Made by a program: the position numbers and the translations under genes
The notes under the pieces: generated by a model
Database searches by the model: none
Told to the model about the DNA's origin: nothing
What the model saw: only the letters and a program-made list of their open reading frames with translations
Assembly: GCF_000142905.1 (NCBI RefSeq)
Contig: NW_013657665.1
Coordinates: 62,001 to 126,000, forward strand
DNA from: Thecamonas trahens ATCC 50062
Lineage: Eukaryota > Protista > Apusomonadida
Length of the DNA: 64,000 nucleotides
Direction: 5' to 3'
Shown: positions 11,670 to 22,400 of the stretch, piece after piece
Numbering within the stretch: position 1 is the first letter of the stretch
Layout: each line of letters starts with the position of its first letter

Positions 11670-11850
11670 TGCGCCCAATTCTCACCTTGATATCGTGTGC
11701 ACGTGAGCCGGCGAAACGGCGCTCACGTACACGCGCGGTTGACCGTGCCAATTGGCACGATGTGCTGGCAAAGATGGCCAGCACAGTAAATGCGAGGAAA
11801 TCCCAAGCCGTCGAGCCAGCGGAGCGACCGCTCGGCCGGCAACCGAGAGT
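11670..11850 (-). ncRNA. Dispersed structured element, copy A (candidate ncRNA or SINE-like repeat)
   Basis: Reverse-complement match to 45120-45298. Four stem-loops can be drawn. Not recognised as any known RNA family. Confidence 0.5.
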
Positions 11851-11858
11851 ATTGATGC

Positions 11859-11984
11859 GATCCGACGTGGTTGTGTGATCCGACGTGGTTGTGTGATCCG
11901 ACGTGGTTGTGTGATCCGACGTGGTTGTGTGATCCGACGTGGTTGTGCGATCCGACGTGGTTGTGCAATGCGATGTGGTTGTGT
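11859..11984. repeat. 18-bp minisatellite (gatccgacgtggttgtgt) x6 plus one degenerate unit
   Basis: Direct head-to-tail units with no spacers. Confidence 0.95.
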
Positions 11985-12340
11985 GTGAGTGGGTTGTGGG
12001 CAGAAGTGAGATGTGCATGTGCATGTGGGTGCGTGTGGCAAGGTGTGTGCGGTGAGCACCATCGTCGCCATCATCATCTCCGTCGTCACGATGATGCGAT
12101 ATGTCGTGCTCGTGATCATGCCTGGAGTCAAAGTCGAGCAAGCCCCCTTTCCCAACTATCATCAGTCGCGTCATGACTACGATCTTGCGTTGCTCGCCGC
12201 GACAACGTGTCGACGCTCAGTCGCCCGGCACCCGCTCCCGGCGCCACACGCTCAGGCTCAGGCTCGGGCTATGGCTCGGGGAGACCTCGTGGCGAACAGA
12301 CTCGACTCTGGTGAGACGACGAAGCAAGGGAGGGGAGAGT

Positions 12341-12733
12341 ATGGCGTCGGGGGCACCGGACGACGAGGCTGCGAGGTTGTTGAGGAACGACTTGGGCAAG
12401 GTTCGTCGGTCTGCGTCGGCCAAGCGGATGCAGGCATTTGGACCTCAGCAAGCAGCCATGTTGGACAAGCTGGAATTGGTGAGGGAACAACAGATCTTAC
12501 TCTCTGTCTCTCAGATGGCTCATTGGCAAGATGATGATGAACTGGCTGATCTCTCTCTTTCTGCTGGTGTCTCTTCCGTTGATGAGAATGCCGCAAAGTT
12601 CAAGATGGTCACCACGTTCTTCGACAAGACCGAGAGGGACATCTCTGACGTCCTTGATCAGTTGGCCGATCTCGGCAACTCCATCGATAGCCTCTCACGC
12701 AAGTTTGCCTCGGCATCCACGCCGCAATCTTGA
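12341..12733 (+). CDS. CCDC28: CCDC28 (DUF4061) family coiled-coil protein
   Basis: RMQAFG...LELVREQQ and DVLDQLADLGNSIDSL resemble the CCDC28 motifs LQAFG...MEHVREMQ and LLSNLEDLSNSIQKL. Confidence 0.65.
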   Translation: MASGAPDDEAARLLRNDLGKVRRSASAKRMQAFGPQQAAMLDKLELVREQQILLSVSQMAHWQDDDELADLSLSAGVSSVDENAAKFKMVTTFFDKTERDISDVLDQLADLGNSIDSLSRKFASASTPQS

Positions 12734-12786
12734 ACTCTCGTCATCGACGAGGCGTACCTCGACTCGCATCGGCCTTTCTGATCTCG

Positions 12787-12900
12787 AGCTGATGCTACCA
12801 CTACAACCGATGCTGCCACCACAGCTGATGCCGCTACCACCACAGCTGATGCTACTGCCGCCACAGCTGATGCTACTTCCGTCACAGTCCATGCTGACCA
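12787..12900. repeat. Degenerate 18-21-bp repeat (gctgatgctaccaccaca-like) downstream of the CCDC28 stop
   Basis: About five imperfect units visible. Confidence 0.7.
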
Positions 12901-13519
12901 TGCCGTGACGACTTGTCGTGTCTCGATGGAGACATCTCTCGTTCCTACCGTACGCACCTGAGACCACGTCGATCGCATTCTATGCCAAGTACATCCCTCA
13001 CGCACAAACACACACGCACGCACTCTCTCTATTCATCTGTCTCTCATACATGTACACACACATCCCCCCTCCCTTAATCGCCCTGTACAACAGCAGCCGG
13101 CCAGTGGTCGCAGATCACGCTGCGCCAACCGCTGCCCCGCCCCGGCCGAGGACAGCGACCGCGACCGTCTCCATCGACCCACGCCCACCCAGGACAACCT
13201 TGCAAAACCTCTCATCTCGCCCGATCTCGTCGCCACATGTTGAAATGAGTCACATCAATAGACGCGGAGAGAGCATGTGGCACTGCCTGACGTCGGCTGC
13301 ACTGCTCTCCCGCCTCGAGGCAGCCGAGTCGACGCCCGCCATGACCCAATCCTCCCCCTACATCTTCGACCTCGACAAGCAGACATTCAGTAAGTGCTTT
13401 ACACATGCGAGACACTGGTACCTTCTACATGCCTCCCCTCACTCACTCTTTCACACGCCCGCTTCTCTCGCTTTTCTCTTGCCGCCATCCTGGCCACAGC
13501 CGAGAGCTCGGCCGCGTCG

Positions 13520-14497
13520 ATGACGGGCGGGAAACAGACGGGCCGAGTCGGTCAGTCTCAGAGTGCGACGACGATGGCATCGACCACGGAGACAGACAGA
13601 GAGAGCTCTTTGCAGAGAGTTCTTGATTTTAACTTGAAGACGACATCTTCAAGCTCTCCTCCACGAGACCAATCGTCGCCATCGTCCTCGCTCTCGCCGG
13701 CATCACACGTCCGTTCCATCGTCGACTTCTCACTCGATCTTCCGCGCTCTGCCTCAATTCTCGGTGACGATGTAGAGAGATCAAGCTTGCCGCCCCTTCC
13801 GGCGGCAAGGGATCGCACTCTTGAGCTCTCGTCGCTCTTCTCATCCATGCTTGGCACAGACGCTTCGGCTCTGTCGTCGCCTCTCGAGCCCGCGGTCGCG
13901 ACTGTGATTCGCCCGCAGGCTCGCACCCCGGCCCCGGCTCCGGCCCCGGTTCTCAACACGCGAGCCGCTGCCGCTCTTGCCCGTGAGGCCGACCGCCAGC
14001 GGCCGCCAGACATGGTCCGCAAAGCTGGTCGCCACAGCGACGTCCGCAACCTCTGGGTACTCTCACCCGAGTCGATGGCTCGAGCGGCGCGGCAGACCAG
14101 CCCGGCGGCGGCTCCATCTGATGCGGCGGACCGAGCCTCGATTCGCGGGCGGCTCGCGGATGGACCGCAACCGCGCGCCACCAGTCCCGTACCGACCGAG
14201 TCCCGCTCGCCGCCGCGCCCGCGTGCCGCAGTGCCGCCGGCCGACGACTCGGCGTCTGCCGAGCTCGCCGCCCTCCGCACAGCGTACGCCGAGCTGGAAG
14301 AGCTGTACGCTGCCTCACTCTCGCTCAATGACGCGCTCGCTGCACAGCTCGAGTCGCGCGCTCCGCTGGAGGCCTCGCTCCGCGGCACCATCGCCACGCT
14401 CCGTGCCGAGACTGCCCGCGCTGAGGCCCGCAACACCGCGCTCGTTGAGCACATCGCCACGCTGACTGCCAAGCTCGAGGCCGGCAGCAGCTCTTAG
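13520..14497 (+). CDS. Hypothetical Ser/Pro-rich protein with C-terminal coiled coil
   Basis: Long ORF with coding-like codon use and a heptad pattern ELAALRTAYAELEELY...LTAKLE. The start is uncertain. Confidence 0.65.
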   Translation: MTGGKQTGRVGQSQSATTMASTTETDRESSLQRVLDFNLKTTSSSSPPRDQSSPSSSLSPASHVRSIVDFSLDLPRSASILGDDVERSSLPPLPAARDRTLELSSLFSSMLGTDASALSSPLEPAVATVIRPQARTPAPAPAPVLNTRAAAALAREADRQRPPDMVRKAGRHSDVRNLWVLSPESMARAARQTSPAAAPSDAADRASIRGRLADGPQPRATSPVPTESRSPPRPRAAVPPADDSASAELAALRTAYAELEELYAASLSLNDALAAQLESRAPLEASLRGTIATLRAETARAEARNTALVEHIATLTAKLEAGSSS

Positions 14498-14517
14498 CCG
14501 ACGTTTATACTTTGATG

Positions 14518-15810
14518 CTAGAGAATGACACGGTCGAACATGTCGGCCTTGAGCACCTTGTGCGGGAGGACGACGCAGTTGCGGACGACGGTCTCGGGCT
14601 TGATCTCGACACCGTCGCCGAGAATGGTGGCCGACATGTCTGCGTCGGCCGCGTGTGCGGGATCGCCCTCAACACGTGCCCACTCGCCAACGATGGCATT
14701 CCACCCGACGATGGCGTGCTTGACAAAGGCCGAGTCGGCCACGACCGCGCCCTCGAGCACAATCGCGTCGCGGACGCGCGCACCGGCGCCGATGGTCACA
14801 CCGGCGGCCAGCGCCACGTTCGGCCCGATGACCGCGTCCGCGTGGATGGTCGCTGACGCAAGATCGGCGGCGCACACGTTACCCACCACCGTAAACGGCA
14901 CGTCGGCATCAACAAGCAGCTTGCCCGCGAGCGCCTCCGAGCCGAGGTAGTACGCATTGGCGTCGAGCGCCGCCGACGGCGTCTTGACCGGTGCCCAATG
15001 CGCGTGCGTGACCAGGGCCTGAACCGCGTCCTTGGCCACCATCGGCACAATGACGTCGACCTCAAGCCCGACCGGCTGCCGCGCCGCCGCAGCCAGCCGC
15101 GCCGCCTTGGCCGCCGCCGACCGTCCGCCGCTGCTGCCTCCCTCGCCGTCGCCGCCAGCTGCAGCGCTAGCCACAGCGTCGGTGATGTTCTGGAAGCCTG
15201 CCCGGCTAAAGACGTACACACCGCACGAGACGGTGTTGGAGACAAAGACTTCAGGCTTCTCGGCATAGTGGGCGACCTTGCCGACGCCCCCAGCGCCGAC
15301 CTCAACGCCATCGACCACCATGCAGCCGTACTTTGTAGCGTCAGCCTCGGGCACGGTGGTAGCCAGAAGCGTCAACTCAACACCGCCAGCCTGAGCATCA
15401 GCATGAGCCTTGAGCATGTCAACAAGCGGAAGAGCGCCAGCGACGTCCGAGTTTGCCACCAGAATGGCATCCGAGTTGGGAGCGAGGATGTCTTGAGCAA
15501 AGTGAGCGAGACCAGCAGCTGTGCCAGCCTCAACAGGCTCACGAAGGTACTTGACAGGAACGTTGAGACGAGATTGAAGATCATCAGCATAGTGAGCAAA
15601 CTGAGTCTCATACTCGGATCCCCCATAAAAGCCAACCAGAAAGACTGCCTTGACGCCAGAGGTGGGAAGGCTCCTCAGCGAGTGGTCGATGACCGGAGCG
15701 TTGGCAATGGGGAAGAGTGGCTTGGGCACTCGGAAGGAGAGCGGACGGAACCTCGTTCCCCGTCCTCCACAAAGAATCACAACTGTAGTACTCGTCGTAG
15801 TCTCTGCCAT
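14518..15810 (-). CDS. GMPPA: Mannose-1-phosphate guanylyltransferase alpha-type subunit
   Basis: GGRGTRFRPLSFRVPKPLFPIA, HYAEKPEVFVSNTVSCGVYVF, and C-terminal hexapeptide repeats with VGEWARVEG and NCVVLPHK. Confidence 0.9.
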   Translation of the reverse strand: MAETTTSTTVVILCGGRGTRFRPLSFRVPKPLFPIANAPVIDHSLRSLPTSGVKAVFLVGFYGGSEYETQFAHYADDLQSRLNVPVKYLREPVEAGTAAGLAHFAQDILAPNSDAILVANSDVAGALPLVDMLKAHADAQAGGVELTLLATTVPEADATKYGCMVVDGVEVGAGGVGKVAHYAEKPEVFVSNTVSCGVYVFSRAGFQNITDAVASAAAGGDGEGGSSGGRSAAAKAARLAAAARQPVGLEVDVIVPMVAKDAVQALVTHAHWAPVKTPSAALDANAYYLGSEALAGKLLVDADVPFTVVGNVCAADLASATIHADAVIGPNVALAAGVTIGAGARVRDAIVLEGAVVADSAFVKHAIVGWNAIVGEWARVEGDPAHAADADMSATILGDGVEIKPETVVRNCVVLPHKVLKADMFDRVIL

Positions 15811-16485
15811 GTTTGCCTGTCGTTGAGTCTGCCTGCTTACTGCCACCGACTCGCTGAGCCGAGCCTGGCCTGGCCTAGCCTGTTTCCCGGCTCCCGAGCC
15901 TGGCCGCCTCGCCTCGCGCCCGTCCCGCGACGTGGCATCATCCCTGATGGCAGGAATTTTGTCACGGTTGTTGGCGTTGGCATGGTAAAATATTGATACA
16001 ATTTTAGTTCAACACGCCCGCAGTCTTCCACTCCCTCTCTATCTCTCCCTCCCTTCCTTTGCCCCATAACTTCGCAATCGCCAATTCTAGGCTTTCCTAT
16101 TGCCTTGACACCGTTCTTCCATCTACATTACCAGCTCATTGACCATCCCCCCCCCCCCAACCCACACCCACCACCACCACCACCACCACCACACACACAG
16201 AGAGAGAGACCATCAATACACACAATCACACAAGCAAACAGACAAGCAAACCTCCCATGTCCACCTCCTACCCCCGTCCCGGTAGACCCGCCTCGGCAGA
16301 GCGGCTCGGCCATCGACTCGGCGCCAAAGAGCGGGCGTGTGGAACACTTGACGCCACCCTCTTGAGCGAATTGTGTGGGCAAGGCCTGTGGAGCACCAGC
16401 AGCAGTGAGTGGAAGCAAGACAACAAGCCAACATGGGCAATGTAGCATCTGACATGGCTACTTCGGCAGCATCTTCAGCCTTTAT

Positions 16486-19400
16486 ATGCTCAAGTCGGTT
16501 CTGCCTTCGTCATGGGAGCGGCGGCTGTTCAAGTATGCTCTTCGTCGTGCCGTTGGTCCTTACCTCCTCTCCGAGCTACGATTGGATCAATTAGATGGCT
16601 CGGCTACAGAAGGTGCCCTCTCTCTCAATGATCTCGAACTCAATCCTGTGGCTCTCAACTCGTTTCTCATGCAATCGCCTTTCAAGATCTCCTCTGGCTA
16701 CCTTGGCTCTGTCGCCGTAGAGCTTGATTGGGCAAACCTGCTCGATGCACCTTGCGATGTCACAGTTGACCGCCTCGAGCTAGCTCTCGTCTCCAATGAT
16801 TCGCTCTCGCCAGACTCCCCCCTTCATCCAGACAATCTTCTTGCCGCACACGCTGTTCTTGCCCCTCCCTCGGCAGATGAGCTGGCAGAGGCATTCATGG
16901 CCGAAGAACGCTCTGCTGGTGTCGCCTCTGTCTTTACTGCGGATCCGCTGGCAGACGCAGACTACGAGCCGGTCTCACCGACGGCCTCCTCACCGCCGCG
17001 CGAGATGCCCCGTGCTGCCGCTTACGGCTCGGCCTCCGACTCAGCCGCACCGCCCGACGCCCTCGACGGCGTCGCCACCCTCGCCGACCTCATCTACACC
17101 ATCGTCAACAAGGTCTCGGTCTCGGTCAACCAGATCGCCATCCGCCTCGAGCACTACTCGCCTCGTGCCTCTACCCGGTCCGTCATCCTCATCACCATCC
17201 CACTCCTCAAGCTGGTCGACGAGACGCCGCCAGGCGGCTCGCCGCGCCCGCCGCTCTGGCACAAGGCCCTCCGCTTCTTCGGCTGGAAGGTCCAGCTTGT
17301 CGAGCACGACGCCCCGGTCCCGCCAGCCTTTGTCGGCGCCTTTGATCCAGCCGAATCGGTGCTCTTTGCTGCCGCCGCCGCTGTCACCGCTCCCGCGAGC
17401 GCGCCGCTGCCCACCATTGCTGTCGGTGACCCGGCAACCGCCTCGGAGCTCCGTCTTACTCTCCGCAACGACAAGGCCGATGACCCCCTCCCGCCTACCG
17501 CGGTCCCTGACTACGACCTCGACATCCACATCGCCTCGGCCTCGTTTGCTCTCTCCGCTGCGCAGCTGGAGCTCGTCCTCGAGGTTCTCGACGCCTACTC
17601 GCTTCCCACCCCTGCTCCGGACGCCGACGCTGATGTCGACGCTGAGTGCCCGTCGCCGCCGTCGTCGCCATCGCCGTTCCCACTCAAACTCCGAGCTCGC
17701 GTTGATGCCGTCTCGCTCGTCCTTATCTACGACGCCTTTTTCGATCTTGTCGATGCAGAGCTTGCCTCTGGTGCTCCCACCCCGCGCGGCTTTGCCACAG
17801 GCACCGAGTCAGACTGGGACGTCGACAACCCAGACCTCGCGTCGTCAGTCTCGTCGTCGTTTCTCGGCCTCGACCGCGACGACTCGGCCTCGCTCGCCAC
17901 CTCGATGTGTCGCTCCTCGCTCGCCTCCTCTGTCTGGCACTCGGCCGTCCTCGACGTCGTTGAGCCAGGAGACCTCGACTCGGCCCTTGCGTCGGTCGAC
18001 CACATGGCAATTCAGCTTGATGCTCTTAGCTGTGGCCTCTCGCTCGTCAATGCTCCAGCGCCTGAGACCAACGTCGTCGTCACCGCCGCATCACTAGCTG
18101 TCTCAGAAGTGCTCGCAGGAAAGTCGATTGCTGTCGCCTCGCTTGCGCCGCCCTCGCCCGAGGCCGCCACCCTCGTCCCACATGCTCTCTGCGCCACTGT
18201 GGTGCTTGGATGTGCGTTACCGCCGCCGCCGCTCCGCATCGAGCTCCTCCACCCACTCTCCCTCGAGCTGGATCTCCGCATTCTTGATCGCTTGGGACCG
18301 TTCCTCGCGCCCTCGCCCGTTGTTGCCGCCCATCGCATGGCCTCACTTCTCGCAGACCTCGATGCCATTCGCAGCCAGCCGACCCCATCGTTCTCCATCG
18401 CAGAGCTTCTCGCCGCAAAGGCGCCGCTGGTCGACGCGCTCTTTGCCAGCCCCGCAACGCCTTCGGACGACGACCTTGCTGCAGCTCTTCCTATCACGCT
18501 TGTCGTTCCTTTCGCGGCGCTCCAGCTCAAGTTTCCGGTCCTTGCCAGCACCCGCAATGCTGTCCATTCCGAGCGTCTGGTCATCACGGCCAAGGACCTC
18601 GTCGTCGACATCCCGCCCTCGCCCGACCTTCGCCTCGTTGTCTCCGCTAGCGAGCTCAACTGCGCCCTCGACGACCTCGACTTTGCTACTCTTGGTTCTC
18701 GTGACTCCCGCATCACGCTCGACATCGCCGTCTCATCATCTGTCTCGGTCATGCTCGGTCTCGACGAGCCTGGTGACGAGCCCGTGTCGGACTCTCCGCC
18801 GGCAGTCCACGCCACCTCGGTCCCGCTCACCACGCCCGACGAGCCGCACCCGATCTTTGGCGCTGCTCGGGCCTCGTCCATTCGCGGCGTCTTCTCTACC
18901 CTCGTTTCCACCTTTGAGGGCGCCTCGCAGCGGTACGCCGCGCCCAGTCGCGCCGAGGCAGCCGACCTGCAGGCTGCCACCCTCGCCTCTGCTCAGTACG
19001 CCATCACGGTATCCCTTCCTGCTGCTGCCATCACCCTCTCCAAGCGGACGTACGACATCCTCTACGCCCGGTTCATGGAGCTGCTGGCTGTCCTCGACGT
19101 CGCCGCCTCGCGTGACCTCGCCATTCTCCGCCACAAGCTCGTCCAGGAGCGCAAGCTCAAGGCCGCCATTGTTGCAGCGCGGACGCAAGACATCCGCGAC
19201 GCCGGAAGCGACGCCAACTCGCACTCCAACGACGAGTTCTTTGATGCGCTCGCTGTCACCTCGTCGTCTGACGAGCTTGGTCTGCTCGATCGCGCCACGC
19301 CACCGCCGCTCCTCTCAGCCTCGACCTCGTCGTCAGGCACAGTCTCGGACGACATGCTCGAGTCAGCGCTCTTCCAGTCGATGCTAGGTGTGGCGCCTGG

Positions 19401-22400
19401 TCACGGCATGACTCAGGACGAGCTCGCCCGCTCGATCCTAACCGCCGTCCCGCACCAGCGCCCACTCGACGACTCAGACGACGCCAGCGCTGATGAGGCG
19501 CAACAGCCAGCCACCAAGCCGCACGTCGTCATTCCGCCTGCTACCCAATCACCGGCCGACGACACCTCGGCCTACGACCTGTTGCTTGCCTCGCAGCCGA
19601 CTGCAGACTCGGGACTTGCCCTCCTCCTCACCGTCGACGCACTGAGCCTTGTTCTTGTCGAGGAGCTCGCCCCGTACGACAACGAGGCCGAGTCATCTGA
19701 CCACCTCCACACGTATACCATTGTCGCCGACTCGCTGCGGCTCTTTCAGGCCGGCCAGTTCCGCTCGCAGCACCTGGCGTACACCACGGTCGAGCTGAGC
19801 GGCATCGCCGTTACCGACAACAGTGTCTCAGTCGTGCGAACGTGTCCGGTCCTCACCTCAAACGATGCCGAGCGAGCTGGCGCGCTCCGCGTCTCGGTCC
19901 TCGGCAACGCCACCCCGCGCGCTGCACTTCCTGACATGCTCATTGCGCTTGAGGCGTGGCGGCTCGAGCTCGTCATACGGCTCCATGACGAGACCGCCAC
20001 CCGAATGGCAAGCTTCTTTGGCCCGCCGCTCGCTTGGCCGCAGGTGGCCTTCCCGCCGCTCCCGTCGACGCCTGGTGTCCTCAACTTTCAGGCCGTCGTT
20101 CACGATGCTGCCCTCCGCTACACCCCGCGCCACCATCCGGCCGCACTCATTGTTGCCGCCTCGCAGCTCCGGGTCTCGACCAACATGGTCGATGGTGCCA
20201 AGAGCTTTGGCCTCGAGCTTGCCTTTCACGACGCCACCGGATATCTCCACGATGACCAGACTGCGCTTGCAGAGCGCGAGCTTGGCCCGGCTGCGGAGAG
20301 CGCCTACTCGTTCGACGCTCACTTTGAACGCTGCCTTGGCGCCGCCCGCATCGCCGCCCTCGACTACGCGCAGCTCTTCATCCGCACCAGCGACGAGCCC
20401 GATGTCGCCCGTTCCGGTCCGGCCTTTGAGCTCCGGGTCTCCAACGAACTCCTCCGCCTTGACCTCTGCCGCGACTCGCTCCACATCGTCAACGATCTCA
20501 TCACCTACCTCGGCGCAGGCATGGACTGGCTCGATGCCGACCAGCTGCAAGCTGCGCTTGACGATGCCGCTGCTGCTTTGGATGCCCGTAACGTTGCTCG
20601 TGCCCGTGCTCACGCCAACACCACCACCGTCGGCGCCACCGACAATGTCGTTGTCGCGGCGCAGTCTGAGGCAGCCGCCGCTGCGGCCCCCGCCGCCGGC
20701 TCGCCAGACATGTTTGACGCTCTTGAAGCTGAGGCTTTTGCGTCGGACGATGGCTCATCCGGGCCCGACCTCATCGCGCTCGCTGCCGAAGAGCTGTTTC
20801 CCGGCGAGGCGCCTGGCGATCGGAACGCGGCTGCCCTAACCGGTGGTGAGCCTGGTTTGGCCGCTCTCGGCGAGTCAAACGCCTCAGTCTACCACGACGC
20901 GCTGCCGATGGTCGAGGATTACTTTGGGCCTGGCGAGGCAGCTCGCGTCGCAGCACCACCGCATCTTCGCAAAAAACGTGTGACCATTGTGGAGACGCCG
21001 ATCGAGCTCCCGCCGTCGATTCACGTCGGCGTCGCGCCTGCCGCTGACAATGACGACGACTGGTTTGTCTTTGACATCGAGATTGACGACGACGCCGCAG
21101 AGTACTACGACACCGTCACAGCGTCGTCCAAGTCGGTCCCGGTCGGCGAGCTCCCCACCACCGTCCGGGTCAATCGTCAGGCTGGCCTCGCCTCGGACAC
21201 AACCATCCGCTCGGTCTACAGCCTCGACCACGCAGACGCCGATGGCGGCCGCGTTGTCGAGTCCGGGAACGTCACCATTGTCTCGAGACTGAGCGCCGGT
21301 GAGGCCATCCCTATGGTCGAGAACTACTTTGCCCGTCCGGCGCTCCTGCCCGGGCGCGCCACCGGCGAAGCTGCGCTTGAGGACAATCTCGACTCGGTCA
21401 TCACCCTCAACGACATCAGCATTGTCATTGCCCTTCACGACGGCCTCGACTTTGGTGACGGTTCGGAGCCGCGCATGGCCGATGCCGTCGAGTTTTGCTT
21501 CTCGCACGCATTTGTGCGGAGCGCGAGCTACACGCCAGCGTCGGCCAAAGTCTCGTCGCTCACAGTCTCCATCAAGGACTTGGAGATTGTGGACGGCCTC
21601 TCGTCGTCGGTCCACCACAAGGTCCTCACATATCTTGAGTCTGAGGAGACGCCGCGGCGCGCCGGCTCGGCGATGATCTCGGCTCGCTACGACCTCGTGC
21701 TCCCGGCCGAGTCGGCATCGGCCGCCGATGCCGAGGTCCAGCTCAAGGTCTCGCTCCTCCCGCTCCGGCTCAACATCGACCAGGACGTCGCCGAGCTTGT
21801 CGTCTCGGCCGCGCTCCATAGCGCCCGGCCCGAGCTCCGCGGTGTGCTGGAGCTTGTCGAACAGCACGCAGCGGTCTCGGTCGAGCTGGCCGCGGGTGAG
21901 TCTTGCTCGGCCGAATACTCGGCCGACGATGACGCCGAGAGCGAGGAGACATTTGTCCAGTACGTCGAGATCTCCAAGCTTGAGCTGCGGGTCGACTACA
22001 ACCCAAAGCGACTCGACTACGAGCGACTGTGGAACCGCGAAGGCGTCGAGGACGTGTTGCAGTTCTTCAATCTTGTGCCTATCGACGACATGGCGCTCGT
22101 TCTCGCTCCGGTCAAGCTCGCCGGCATGGCAGGATGGCCGGCAGTCGTTGCAGGGATCATCGAGGTGTGGCGGCCCAAGGACCGCTCCGACGTCCTTCGC
22201 ATGCTGCCGGGCCTGGTGGGTGGCATCTCGCCGCTGCGGCCCATCATGAACGTTGGGACCGGCTTTGCTGAGCTTGTCATGCTCCCCATCGAGCACTACC
22301 AACGCGACGGGCGGGTCATGTACGGCCTCCAGCGCGGGGCGACATCGCTTCTCCGCCGCGCCGCCTTTGAGGCTGCAAATGTTTCGGCCCACCTCTCGGT

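Noticed and set aside
11780-11852. U5 snRNA reading (ATACTCTCGGTT start; CGCATTTACT similar to loop I)
   Set aside because: The loop differs from the invariant GCCTTTTAC, it is not closed by a stem, and no Sm site is evident.
11859-11984. 18-bp repeat array as a CRISPR
   Set aside because: Units are contiguous with no unique spacers, there are no cas genes, and the context is eukaryotic.
12731-12962. Readthrough of the CCDC28 TGA into an ADATT-repeat extension
   Set aside because: Needs two TGA readthroughs, and the CCDC28 homology ends at the first stop.
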